DNA of 64,000 nt from Amphiscolops sp. MND2022 (lineage: Eukaryota): contig CAXLNC010001225.1 of assembly GCA_964187785.1 (NCBI GenBank), positions 1-64,000 on the forward strand, given 5' to 3'. The position numbers were made by a program, and so were the translations under genes. Position 1 is the first letter of the stretch. Every line of letters begins with the position of its first letter. Positions 37,517-49,827 of the stretch are shown here, piece by piece. Below the pieces are notes generated by a model. That model had not been told where the DNA came from. It ran no database searches and worked only from the letters and a program-made list of their open reading frames with translations.

Positions 37517-38676
37517 CAACTAACCCTCTGCCGAACCCACCACGACAATCTACTTCACAATACCCTCTACCACCCGCTCACCAGTTCGATGATATTGTCA
37601 CTGAAATTCACCACCTGAGGGACACTATGACGGACATAGTACAACATCCGAAAATCCTTCAAACCCAAGTCCCATTATTCAGAGGGAATCGGGAAAAATA
37701 TAATGAGTTTGAGCATCTACTGCTCAATCATCTTCGGCCACACCAGCACAAACTGTCAGAAGAACAGAAACTGACATACTTCCAAAGTCTGCTGCGTGAC
37801 GACGCCATTGAATTTTGGCAATCACTGAAGATGACGAACCAGAGACATTGGCCCAAGTCTTGCGTTACTCCAAGAAGGAATACGCAAAAGAAGACTTGAA
37901 AGAAGTAGCCAAATACAAATTTGACCAGATGCGCTACGACCCTTCAGCCGAGACCTTTAATGACTTCCTCAACAAGTTCAAAAAAGTGGCGAAACAAGCA
38001 TTTGGAGACAAGTCCAGTGACATAACAGAAACCTTCCTGTTCGCCAAACTCCCCGTCCAAATGCAAAAGAAACTACACATGGCAGGCAAACACGACGCAT
38101 CGATGGAAGAGATCCGGACATTTGTACAACGAAGATGTCAATATGCCCAGCTCATCCCAAACACAATCAGTGCGCAACCATTCAATCAGATAAGCGCACC
38201 ACAACCCAATGCAGCCACAACTCCGACATCAACCGCCCAACCTCAACAAACCCGAGAGACGAAGAGAAATTCGACCGGCAATGCCGTCATTGCGGCATAC
38301 ATGGACACAAGTGGGCGGAATGCAGAAAACAACTGCGAGAAGTTGCACAAGCCAAAACCGCCAACCAAAATAGCCAGCAACCAAATCTAGCTACGCAGAA
38401 CCCAGACAATCGATCCAAGTTCAACTCAAAACTCGTGTGCCAAATATGCGGAAAGGTGGGACACTCTGCCCGAGACTGTTACCACAGGAACTCGACCACC
38501 TCAGCATACAGAAGCGTTCCGTACACCAAATAATCAACAGAAGAAAACAAACAATTCCGAAGGGACTTTAGACAAAACAACCAGAGAGTATACACCACCA
38601 ATGAACTGTCCCACACTGGCGAGGAAAACATCAACGACAATGATGAAATAGAACGACACGATGACGTAGAAGGCCC

Positions 38677-38683
38677 AAAAAAC
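38677..38683 (+). promoter_or_regulatory. -1 frameshift heptamer A AAA AAC at the element C gag end
   Basis: Gag frame reads CCA AAA AAC TTC TGA. The -1 frame from 38683 is open without stops into the 38881-43623 ORF. Confidence 0.75.
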
Positions 38684-41600
38684 TTCTGAAGCCACGTCAT
38701 CCTCCTCGAACCTACAAAAGTGCGCTACTAAACCAACAACAACAAACTACACCTCAGACTCGACTACATACTGGAAACTACACGGGGTGGCAGTCCCGTC
38801 CTTCAACCTACACTAAAGAGACTACAAACTTTGTCATCACAAGACATTCCACTGACAACTACACAATCAAACCAAAAGAGATGAACCGAAGTACCGAAGC
38901 AAACAACAAACAACCAATGCGGCAAGACGACACGCCACCTAAACGGCCAAATGATGACAAACAAACTACATCCTCCAAAACTCACAACCCAAGGAAGAGA
39001 CCACAAAACGAAATCCGACAGCTGAGTGCCACATTGCAACTCAACCGAAAAGATAAAATGCTGTATGTACCCCTCCAATTCCGTGCTTACGAAAACTTTG
39101 GTCTCCTCGACACTGGCGCGATCCAGAGCGCACTGTCAGAAGCAGAACTCAGGCGGATTCTCTCAGCACACCCAGCCGCCCTTCTCCAAGAACTCCCCGC
39201 ACCAGAGTTCAAAGTCCAGATCGCCAATGGGAGCATCGTCCCCGCCAGAAAGCAGGTATTACTGCGTTTCTTCATTGGCGGCAAAGTCTTCGAAGAAACA
39301 TTCATGGTTCTCCCGACGATGGGAAATGTTCTCATCGGAATGTCATTCTTCAAGAAATACTCAATCACCCTTGACTTAGCAAACAACATAGTGAAATTTC
39401 CCGACATCACCCTCCAACTACGCTCAGTCAACGGGAAATTCAAAAACAAGCTACTTGAGCTGAAAACAACTCAGAAAATGGTGATCCAGCCCAACCAACA
39501 AGTATTCGTCCCTGTGGTGATTGAACGTGATCTGGGGGACATCACTGGCACCGTTGAAGGACTGCCCGCCTTCGAACGACGTACCCACCTCCTGGTATCT
39601 CCGGCTCTCAGCGAGAGCCGGGAGGGCCGCACCCACGTGCAGATCACCAACCCACTAGACTACCAGATCACGATCAATGTGGGGACAGCAGTGGCGTCAT
39701 TCAAGATTATGACTCCAAAACAAGCGAACCACTTGCAACCGGTGACAAACCACCAACTCAACCTGATCACAAAATACCCAGACGAAGCTACTGCAGTTTT
39801 GAACCACATCTTTCAGGACCCAAACGAGAAAACTGATAGACGGGGGTACCCTACCCCTGAGACATGCTACGACCCGTCGAAGCTAAACAAGATTGAAAGA
39901 CGAATCTACGACGAGATCGTCAAACTCAGGACGGACGAAAAACTGGACCCAACTTCGAGTGAAGAACAACGACAAGAATTCCTGGCGAACTTCAAATGGG
40001 AACAATCAATACTGAACCCTCACGAGAAGCAAGAGATAGAGGCATTATTGGTCAAGTACCACGACATCTTCGCGAGACACAGACTGGACATTGGGATCAA
40101 CACTGAATTCAAAATCAAGTTGACTCCCAAACACGACGAACCAGTCAACGCCCAAAGCTTGCCCACACCAACAAATTTGAAGGACGATTTATTGGTAGAA
40201 CTGGCACTGATGCAAGATTACGGTATCATCACTACATTACCATATAGCAAAAACTCTTCGCCCATCTTCGCACAACGCAAGCCAAACGGGAAACTCAGAA
40301 TCCTTGTCGATCTCAGAAGAATTAATCTTCTACTGAAGAATGATTACAACCAGCACAACCACCCTGTGACAACGATCGCCGATGCAGCGCAACACATGGC
40401 TGGCAAGCGTTATTTTTGCAAGTTGGACTGTTCGCAAGCATACCATTGCCTCCAGATGGCGGACGAACAGTCAGTCCAGTTGCTCGCGTTCAACTTCGGA
40501 AGTAGGACCTTCGCCTTCCTGAGACTAGCTCAGGGTCTAAACCGGTCCCTGTCAGCCTTTAACAGTACAGTTCGTGAGTACTTGGACCCCTTGGTCAAGG
40601 CAGACAAAAGCGCCCAATACGTTGACGATATCGGCATTGCCGCCAACACTGCCGAAGAGCTGGTCAACAACATTGAAGCAGTATTCACTAAAATCAGACA
40701 GGCCGGTCTGAAACTGTCAATGGCGAAGTGTGCCTTTGGTCATCCCGAAATCGAATTCCTTGGCAGAAGCATCACTACCAAAGGCATCGCTCCAATCGAA
40801 GACAAAATCGACAAATTCCTGAAGAACATCAAACTGCCAACATCCGTGAAGTCACTACAACGGTATATTGGATTCGTACAGTTCTATCGCCAGTACATCC
40901 CGAGACTAGCTGAGAAACTAGTTCCTCTATACAAGTTGTTGCAGAAGGATGTCAAGTACGAACTTACCCATATACACAAGGATGCGATCTTTGACATCAA
41001 TGAGAACTTAGCAAACGCTGCCAAGATGTCACTGAGATTACCACTTCCTGACAAACAGCTAGTGCTAATGTGTGATGCTAGCGAACACGCAGCGGGCTAC
41101 GTTCTCCTGATAGAAGACTACACCGAAACCAATGATGGACCGACGAAGTCATTTGCGCCAGTAGCCTTTGGATCTAAAAGGTTCACCGAGGGCCAGATGT
41201 CACTTACAATGTACGCGAAGGAGTTCCTAGTTATGCACTTCGCATTTGACGAATTCGCCCACATCCTGTGGGGAGTGAAGAAACCAACGATTGTTATGAC
41301 TGACAACAAGGCACTCACCAGATTCTTCCAGTCTAAACGAATACCACCAAAATTGTGGAACTACTGCGACCAAGCCCTCCAATTCGACTTCGTCCTGGCC
41401 CATGTACCTGGTGTCGAAACTCCAGCTGCTGACTACCTGTCCAGAATCGACATCCACCCGAAGGACAGAATCCACCTCAAACTACATGATGAGATACCAG
41501 TCTTCAAAGTCGAAATTGACATGGCTTCAAAAACACCTAAGCAGGATGACGAAGAGGAAGAATACATCCCAGAAGAGGTGGATGTGCCTGATGCAACAAC

Positions 41601-43623
41601 ATCATCAAACCCGACAATGCAGTCACTCTTGGCGATGTTCCCTCAATGGTGTTACGAAGACGATGAAGAGTACTGTAGACGCATCGATGACATCAAAACC
41701 CAGGTTCAACCATTTGTAACGCCCTCTGACCCAACACTCTTCTTCACTCGATTCTACCAACGGAACCAGTTTCACACGGTAAATCAGGTATGCCCTTCAG
41801 GGGATTCAGAAATTGTTAAGGCTCAAGGCGAAAACAGTGACGTTCAACGGGTAATTAGGATCCTTACTGCGCAAGAAACACCTCCGAACCAAGTTACCTT
41901 TGCAAGTACCTTTTTCCAGAAACTCTTCAAAAACCGTAAAAGACTTGAAGTAGTCAACAACGTGTTGTACAGGCAGTTTTTTAACAACATAGGAAACCTA
42001 GCTCATCGACAAATTGTAGTTCCTCCAGAAACTACGGAAGCCATAATCAGGACGATGCATGGCGACCCCATGCAGGGACATCCTGGCGCTTCCAAAATGC
42101 TAAGTGAACTAAGAAAAAGGTACTACATCCCAAACCTAACCGAAAAAGTCCAAGTATTTGTTAACAACTGCCAAGAATGTATTAAAGCGAAACCTGCAAA
42201 ACCACCGAACACTCTGATACCTCCACTCAAACCAATTTATGACCCTTGCAACGGTCCTGAAGATGTTCTCGAAATTGATCTCGTAGGTGAGTTACCGCGA
42301 TCTAATGGGTACTCACACATTCTGACGGCATGTGATTATTTTTCGCGTTACCTGTTTGCGATTCCAATCCGCAAACCTGAGACGAAGCCCGTCGTCGATG
42401 CTCTGCTAGACATTTTCACAAAACACGCATACGTACCGAAACACCTTATCACCGACAAAGGTTCTGCATTCACGTCGCAGGTCATAACTGAACTGATGAA
42501 CAAAGCTGGAATCAAAGTCTCTCACGCTACGATTAAACACGCCCAAACTATTGGGATGATCGAGAGGTCACACCAACGCCTGAAACAGATCCTGAAAATA
42601 AACGTTTCCGTAGACCGACCACAAGGGGACCGATACGTCAATCTCGCTGTGATGGCGCACAATACAACTTACCATCAAACTCTGAATTGTTCACCGACTG
42701 AGGTTTTCCACGGCCGTGTACCGTACAACGCACTGGACCTAAAACTTGGCAACCCCCTCAGCCCACCGAGAAACGCCACCGATACACAGTCGGTAGTGGA
42801 CAATCTGAACACCAAATTTAAAGAAACCCATGCCAACATAATCCGTGCTTTCCACAAGTACAAGGCGTTCTACGACAGGAAAGCGCAAGCGTCACCCTTA
42901 AAAGTAAACGACTTTGTCTTTTTACTGAACCCCAAAATTAGCGAGCAATCCGAAAAAATCCCTTTCAATTCCTTCAAATGGGAAGGGCCTTACAAAGTTG
43001 TCAAAGTCTTGACACAATCGAATTATATTGTCAGAAAAGTCGGTACATTCAAAACACAGTGTGTACATAGAATGCGGCTTCGCCCATTTGTACCACATGA
43101 TCCGATCGAGGATTTACACGACGATGCATCCCGTCACTATAGTGACCCCGACGCAATTGACGATCAGTCAATATTCAACGATAATCTGCCTTCACTCGAA
43201 ACGCCACCGTCGGCTGAAAACACAGTAGAAATAGACACAAACGAGACTGACACAATCGACTCTGAACATGGAACAATCTATTACGAACACAAAAGGGTTC
43301 ACGAGGTACCACCTCCGCATAACCCTCTACCTGAGACCATTCACACTGACCGTACGCACCAATCTGAAGCTGAAAATCAACCTGATGAAATAGACATACC
43401 GTCTCCTGATCACGAGCCTGAACAACGCACCCAACCAAATAATGTTGCGGCATCGACCACATCATCTGCCGAAACATCCCAGCCAATCACACGAAATAAC
43501 ATCACTCGATACAGCCTTCGCGAGGCACCCGTGCCTAAAACGTTTGATAACTTCCTTGTTCATGAACTGCAAGCGAAGCCCGCACTCTTAAAATTCATGC
43601 AACGCAAATCTGCAGACCAATAG
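38683..43623 (+). CDS. pol: Element C Pol polyprotein (PR-RT-RH-IN), open frame
   Basis: LLDTGA, KLDCSQAYH, QYVDD, MCDAS, MTDNK, H-x6-H...CQEC, EIDL/ITDKG/IERSH (DDE). Confidence 0.96.
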   Translation, partial: LLKPRHPPRTYKSALLNQQQQTTPQTRLHTGNYTGWQSRPSTYTKETTNFVITRHSTDNYTIKPKEMNRSTEANNKQPMRQDDTPPKRPNDDKQTTSSKTHNPRKRPQNEIRQLSATLQLNRKDKMLYVPLQFRAYENFGLLDTGAIQSALSEAELRRILSAHPAALLQELPAPEFKVQIANGSIVPARKQVLLRFFIGGKVFEETFMVLPTMGNVLIGMSFFKKYSITLDLANNIVKFPDITLQLRSVNGKFKNKLLELKTTQKMVIQPNQQVFVPVVIERDLGDITGTVEGLPAFERRTHLLVSPALSESREGRTHVQITNPLDYQITINVGTAVASFKIMTPKQANHLQPVTNHQLNLITKYPDEATAVLNHIFQDPNEKTDRRGYPTPETCYDPSKLNKIERRIYDEIVKLRTDEKLDPTSSEEQRQEFLANFKWEQSILNPHEKQEIEALLVKYHDIFARHRLDIGINTEFKIKLTPKHDEPVNAQSLPTPTNLKDDLLVELALMQDYGIITTLPYSKNSSPIFAQRKPNGKLRILVDLRRINLLLKNDYNQHNHPVTTIADAAQHMAGKRYFCKLDCSQAYHCLQMADEQSVQLLAFNFGSRTFAFLRLAQGLNRSLSAFNSTVREYLDPLVKADKSAQYVDDIGIAANTAEELVNNIEAVFTKIRQAGLKLSMAKCAFGHPEIEFLGRSITTKGIAPIEDKIDKFLKNIKLPTSVKSLQRYIGFVQFYRQYIPRLAEKLVPLYKLLQKDVKYELTHIHKDAIFDINENLANAAKMSLRLPLPDKQLVLMCDASEHAAGYVLLIEDYTETNDGPTKSFAPVAFGSKRFTEGQMSLTMYAKEFLVMHFAFDEFAHILWGVKKPTIVMTDNKALTRFFQSKRIPPKLWNYCDQALQFDFVLAHVPGVETPAADYLSRIDIHPKDRIHLKLHDEIPVFKVEIDMASKTPKQDDEEEEYIPEEVDVPDATTSSNPTMQSLLAMFPQWCYEDDEEYCRRIDDIKTQVQPFVTPSDPTLFFTRFYQRNQFHTVNQVCPSGDSEIVKAQGENSDVQRVIRILTAQETPPNQVTFASTFFQKLFKNRKRLEVVNNVLYRQFFNNIGNLAHRQIVVPPETTEAIIRTMHGDPMQGHPGASKMLSELRKRYYIPNLTEKVQVFVNNCQECIKAKPAKPPNTLIPPLKPIYDPCNGPEDVLEIDLVGELPRSNGYSHILTACDYFSRYLFAIPIRKPETKPVVDALLDIFTKHAYVPKHLITDKGSAFTSQVITELMNKAGIKVSHATIKHAQTIGMIERSHQRLKQILKINVSVDRPQGDRYVNLAVMAHNTTYHQTLNCSPTEVFHGRVPYNALDLKLGNPLSPPRNATDTQSVVDNLNTKFKETHANIIRAFHKYKAFYDRKAQASPLKVNDFVFLLNPKISEQSEKIPFNSFKWEGPYKVVKVLTQSNYIVRKVGTFKTQCVHRMRLRPFVPHDPIEDLHDDASRHYSDPDAIDDQSIFNDNLPSLETPPSAENTVEIDTNETDTIDSEHGTIYYEHKRVHEVPPPHNPLPETIHTDRTHQSEAENQPDEIDIPSPDHEPEQRTQPNNVAASTTSSAETSQPITRNNITRYSLREAPVPKTFDNFLVHELQAKPALLKFMQRKSADQ

Positions 43624-44605
43624 AAAAAAACAAATACATATAATCAAACCAATGTAGTTTAATCCACCACATGCAACTATCATTCTATTGAATTCTTCTA
43701 ATTACTTTCCACCATTCAGTGACGACTGATACTCACTGTCCTACATAAATTAGTTTACCGGCAGAGTAAAGTGTTACTCTCTACCGAGACAGCTGAGCGC
43801 GAAAGTAAATACATGTAATGTGGTCACATACACCACATCACTCCAACCGGAAATCGTCAAGTACATGTAATTACATACAAACGAGCTACTAATTTATGCA
43901 ATTCACGGAAAATTCCAACCACTCAAATTCAAAGGAATTGCTCTGCATTTCTGCACCCATCAATCCTGAATCAACTAAACTAAACTGTTTTCAAACACGT
44001 ACCTGTCCACAGCTGAGAATGCAAAAGGAGCAGCTGACTCGTTTAAGTTACGTCGCCAGAATCTAGACTCACACTTCCGCCCTCACAAACCATGATGTGG
44101 TTCGGCTGTGTGGGTGCGTCATCAAAAGCGCGTCTGTGTGGTTGTGCAAACATTCAGATGAAGCTTGCTCTTTAGCAAGTGGATTCGGTGTTAGTTTCGT
44201 ATGGGGTTTTGCGACGGCAAAAACCTTCCCAATCAACGAAAACAAAAACACTTTTAAAAACACACAAAAACACAAAAACGCTTCGCCTCGCGTCAGAAAG
44301 GACAACGGTACAACATACATGTAGACACTATCACCACATGATCGAAATTCGGAACAAGGGATGGATCACACCACCCCTTGCCAAAAAATGTAATGGACAT
44401 GGGGAAACCCATTTTCCATTAAACTGACGTTAACATTTGACACACGTCACGAAGGATGACGTCTCATGACACACATCAGCGTTGACGACGTCAGAGCTAA
44501 CGCTCAACTTGACAACTAAAATAACACATGTAATATGCAAATTGATTGACACCTTAGAAGGACACCCATGTTGCTAAACACCCGTTAAAACACACGCACT
44601 TAGAG

Positions 44606-44772
44606 TATATATAGCATGCAAGACATTAGTTCGATCATTGGGAAGGAGCGGTGCAGCTCCGTTCATTCACCTTGGTGTAACCACAGGGCGTCAATACCAC
44701 TTTCCGAGACCTGTGGGTAAACCTCCGTGAATGAAACTCTGTCTTAATTGGTGGCTACGTGAGTAACCACCA
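44606..44772 (+). ncRNA. Candidate structured RNA downstream of an internal TATA box in element C
   Basis: TATATATA at 44606-44613 and an Inr-like TCATT at 44635. Stems at 44645-49/44656-60, 44662-70/44727-35, 44681-87/44710-16 and 44749-58/44763-72 (GTGA tetraloop). Confidence 0.4.
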
Positions 44773-45210
44773 TGCAATCTCACTGGAAGAAACAACATCT
44801 CTACTCAGCTTCCCAACAAAATGAAACCAGCTAACGAAGTTCACATGCAAAAAATTAGTATAACATAGGCAACATGTAAATTCACATGTAAACATGTACA
44901 TACAAGCTGAACATCCAAATCAGCAATCATTCCTCAGTACGTAACTCAGATTGTAACATATTCAAACTCTGTCAGCAAAACAATAGAACTACATCAATCA
45001 AAGGTTAGATCAAAATAGCACATATAATCCAGTACAAACAAAACAAAAAAAACAGCAGTTTCTAACACAATAGTTTCTATCAGCAGTTTAGTCACATTCA
45101 GCTACTTTCCTCAGGCGAGTCTAATTCTCTACGACTATGTCGCTTTTTCCCTTTCGCCACAACTCCTTCATTGTCAGAACCGTCATCGGAACCGTCAACA
45201 CTAGCAAGCG

Positions 45211-48200
45211 TTAAGCTCTTTTTACCCCTCGGACTCCGCCGGTACGACGTCCGCTCGGATGACGAGAAACAGCAGTTCCGCGACTTGATGAAGGCGTACC
45301 GACCACTTTAGCACACTTAGGATCCGACTTACGGCCCTTGCGACCAGATGACACTGCAGTAGAACTACTGGCACCAATAGCAACGTCGTTTTGTAGTCGA
45401 GCACCCTTCTTGCCAGTTGACACATTAGCTGCAATAGGGCTACTACACCTCCCGGGCCGCGGAGGACTCATCACTTCCACTAAGTTTAATTGCGCCAACA
45501 CACTTGAGCGATAATCATCGATTGGCACAGTAGGAGTCGTAACAAGCGCATTTGACAACACAGAATTGCCTAACGATAGTGCTTCTCCCAACCCCGACTT
45601 GAGTAGTTGGTCCCATGGTCTCGACCTCGCATCTTTAGCGAGACGGGACACCTGCATATCGCTCGTCTCACAAACCCGTAATAGGCCAGTAACAGTCTGT
45701 CGTGTATGACCCGCGTAGGAATGGCGCAACCAACTCCGCACAAGATGTAAGCTAGAACGCAGGGTGTCCGCAGGCATGGCAACATCCACCTCGTCAATGA
45801 AGTCTCGCACATACGTTCCGTTAACATTTAGCCCAAACAGGGCCTTGACAACAGTCAACAATTCTTGACATCGAAACCAATACGTGTAGGACAGCCATAA
45901 TGAAACGACGTCATAAACCACAGGTGAAAGATCAGTCAATGCCAACTTCTTTTTGAAAAATTGGGTTACTTCTCGATACTGCCTGAGCACTGCTGTCGAA
46001 ATACTGTCGTCCATCAAGTGGAAACGTGAGAGAGTTCCGCACGTACCAACTAAGGAATCGATGCAGCGATCGTCGGAGCCGCGGTGCACCAAATCTGGAT
46101 CAAATGGTGTCAAACTAAGATATCCATTCGTTCCTTGCTGCCACGTACTGGACAGCTCACGGCAAATGGCTCCCAATACCTTCTGAACAGATCTGTAAAA
46201 ATAAGGCAACAGCGTCCGTACATCGTACCTGAAGTACTGGCCGAAATGAAGCTTGTAGAGATTATCGGCCACAACCACGTACTCATGAGTTACAGGTTTC
46301 ATCAAGGCTTCGACTTCATATTCGGCAGGAATAACGGAAGCGGGGTACACGAAGCTCATCAGCTTGCGGTTGAATTGAGACAGTTCACGTTCTGACATCA
46401 TGTTGCTATCTCTCCCACTTCTGCACAAGCGCGGACACGCCTCGACCACTGTAAACAACACACATGAAATCTCAGCTGAATAGACACGCCTGTGTTTGTT
46501 TCCTCTTCCTCAAAACTTCATTGCGTCTACTACAGCTTCCTACTTGAGTAAAAAACCTCGACCCCCCCCCCTCCCCACCAACGGGCGACAAACTTCTGAC
46601 TCTAAACATCCTTCGTAGAGGAAACGAACATGTAATACATGTAAAATCACTAACACAAATCCAAAATCAGCCTCAAAACAGCAAAACGCGGACGCATCAT
46701 CGCATCGTCGAAGACTTGCCCTTCTAGTGGAGTCACCAGACGCAGTTCAGAGGTCACATTAGGACGATGCGTGCCGAAATACACAACCAGATCGTTCCAA
46801 TAATCAACGACCTCCACGCACAATGATGCCAGCACAGTCACTTCACTACCACCGAACCGAATAAACTAAAACAGCAACACGAAACCGATTAGGCCGTACA
46901 CTGCGTCTTTGAAAACACCACTTCCTTACAAAACAAAAAAAGGGGCGAAAAAGATGTTTTTAGAAACCACATCAGCTAAACATGTCACAAAAATAGTCAC
47001 TCGACGTAATTGGGGCAATCGATCCAAGAAGCTCCCCTGTACAACAGACGCTAAACGCACATGCAGATAGTCAAGAACACTGAGCGGATCGAGACCACCA
47101 AACTCTGCCAAGAACTGTTTCCGTACCAAATCCAGTAACCACGCTCGACCAACATGACCGATCACCAACGGCTCCGCCACTCCAATTGATGCAGCAAGCG
47201 CATACCCGACACGCGTCGCGGACTCAGTACTGTACATCGTGATGTTCCCAGCATGCTGTAAACTGAGTAACACAGGAACCACATTAGCGATCATCTGAGA
47301 TTCCCACCCAGTCCCATCAACCACCACACCCAGCACTGCAGTTTTGATCGTACTGTGGATGACCACGTGATACTCACATAGCCAGTCCGATTCATGTCGC
47401 CTTACACTCACACACACACACACTTTCACCACGGGCTCGCACACTGTCAAGCTGTTCCATGATGAAGCGATACAACCCATAAAGCACTAGACTCTGTAAA
47501 CACAAACAAACACCATGATGTTAGTTAGACCTCTACACCACCACGTTTACGAATCGAAAAGCTCTAACTACATAACCACCCTTACCCCCTTTTTTGTCCT
47601 TTCTTCCAAACGAATCGCATGAACAGCATATGTCCAACCCGGATACATGGTAGATCTTGACTAGCAAAATCGCATACGTACCTGACATCGCGGATATGTC
47701 AAAGAACGAAATTCGACCCGTAATTCCGTACTCATGTTGTCCCGCCACAACTCCAACATTCGCATGACTGCTCCGAAAGACGTCGTGTTCACGAAACTGC
47801 TGACGAACTGTCCTAGCCACAAGAAAGACACACTCTCCGCTGACAACGCTGGCCTCTCCGATGAGGACGCCTCTGCTTCCTCTATGGCGATACGCTCGTC
47901 CACGGACAAGCTCAACTCAGACTCCAGATAGACGGGCGGTTCAAGACACCTAGCAAAACCGTCCACTACTCGTTTGTGTCGGGGAAAACCGACAAAGGTC
48001 CCGACAACCCCTGACACGAAATATGAAGGCTTCAGTGTTTTCACTTTCTTCACTCGGGCTAAAACAAGCAAAACATTCGCTCTGAACGAAAAAAAAAACG
48101 TGTATGTGCCTTGAGCGTAGGATAACCACTAAAACCCCTCCCATGATCTTTTGAGATTTCCTTACCAGGTTTAGCAGTTGTGGCGGGCCCTCCATCATTT

Positions 48201-49328
48201 GACACCACGGACCGCAAGCCACCGAAAGCAGTCGGTACTTCTGAAATCAGCCTGACAGAGGCGGGACCACTCAAAGCAAATAGACTCCCAGGAACCTCTA
48301 CGGGGACTGGCGATGCAACAACCGGTGACTGGACTTGAACGGCAGCAACCTCACAAGACGCAATAGTATCATCCAGCTGACCCATGGCAGTACGCACCTT
48401 CTTTGAACTTTCCTCCAGAGATTGCACACCAGCGGAACCCAAATCTCCTAACTTCGACTCTATCACAGCCTTGATAGTTTCGGACAGTTCCTTGGTTGTC
48501 TTCTGCAGTACGACTTCCAATTCCGCTTTGGTCACAGGTGCACCCATAGAAGAACCTAACAACAGCCAATTTTCTACTGCATGTACATTGCACCCACCTA
48601 GTTGCCAATTGCGGTTCTCCTCACTACACCATCCGATAATTTGGGATTGATTGCCTACAATGTGCAAAGAACGACCACTTACCCAAACGATCAGCGACAT
48701 AGCTACTGAAGCGCTCCTCGATAGCAGTTTTAGCTGGCGAACCAGTAGTCCCACTCCCACGACTGGCAGACAGAAAGGCACGAAGTACATGCACGACACT
48801 CACTAACGACAATTCTTCTGCAACAAATTAAAAGAGATGATGCCCTTGAAACGACATCAGTTACCGAGAGCATAATATCCCGGGAAGAACAAGAGTTACC
48901 ATGTTAATATCGCCTACATATTAGCATAAGAAGAATCCAAAATGGTCTGATGTGAACAACTCTCCAATTGATTAATGCAAAATACTACTGCCTATAACCG
49001 AAGCGTAACTACACTACCCTACACGCAAAGATTTGAAACCAATCGGGAAAAATGAAAAATACAAGTACTTACGGAATTCATTGGATAACGCAATTTCCAA
49101 TAAAGTATTGGCAGCTTCAACATTAGCAGCAGTAACTTTGTCTGCAAAACGGCAACATTGTTTTAGAGTTTCTCCCCTGAGAACTTCTTCTACTCCGGCA
49201 GGCAATTCACTTCCAATAGAAGAAAAACTTAACTGCTCGATCTCCGCAAGAACGCTTTCTGCAGCTACAACAACGGCAGAAACATCAGGCTCATCCTGGA
49301 GTGGATCCTCTTGGGACGGCGACGCCAT
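45211..49328 (-). CDS. Element C antisense spliced accessory gene, homologous to the element A antisense gene
   Basis: GT-AG introns with compatible phases at 49072-48818, 48682-48556 and 48165-48059, plus a donor at 47681. The later exons are in ORFs 46926-47480 and 45211-46461. Motif pairs match element A. Confidence 0.75.
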
Positions 49329-49439
49329 AACGATAACAAACACACAAATCTGTAACACAAAATAAGCAAGTGAGGCCTTTAAATGGGAAGCATACAGTCG
49401 GTTGTGATCTGCTGAGGTTCAAAGTATTTTCCAACGATC

Positions 49440-49827
49440 ATGTGGACTGATCACCCGCATTATCCCACCGGAGAAAACTACCAACTCATCCAAAAGGATT
49501 TATTCAATCCCGAAAATTACCTCACAATTGCCTTCATCAAAGGGAAGATATTACCCGAAAACGAATACAAAATCACACCCAACTTCCTAGCGTAACCTAA
49601 TTACAGCCCACTTGATCATTGCTACCGTTACTCAGTATGCCACGATTGAACTGATCTGCCAGTGGTTATCTCAAAATAACTATGACACAATGGGAATGCT
49701 TCTCGTATTTGGCATCGACGAGGATTTGTTTACAAAGCGCACGACTATCTCCACTATTCTCTTCAGAATGATTCTGGAAAGAGCCCAGTTATTATATACG
49801 CTGCCACGTTACATTAATTTCCGGTGA
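49440..49827 (+). pseudogene. Element C sense accessory ORF upstream of the 3' LTR (split)
   Basis: MWTDHPHYPTGENYQLIQKDLFNPENYLTIAFIKGKILPENEYKITPNFLA* (49440-49595) is followed by the protein-like ORF 49612-49827 in another frame. Confidence 0.4.

Larger units (their letters stand above)
37166..38689 (+). pseudogene. gag: Element C Gag (starts in the LTR; frameshifted, stop at 38531)
   Basis: LFRGNREKYNEFE capsid-like region; knuckles CRHCGIHGHKWAEC and CQICGKVGHSARDC; ends GPKNF*. Confidence 0.88.
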
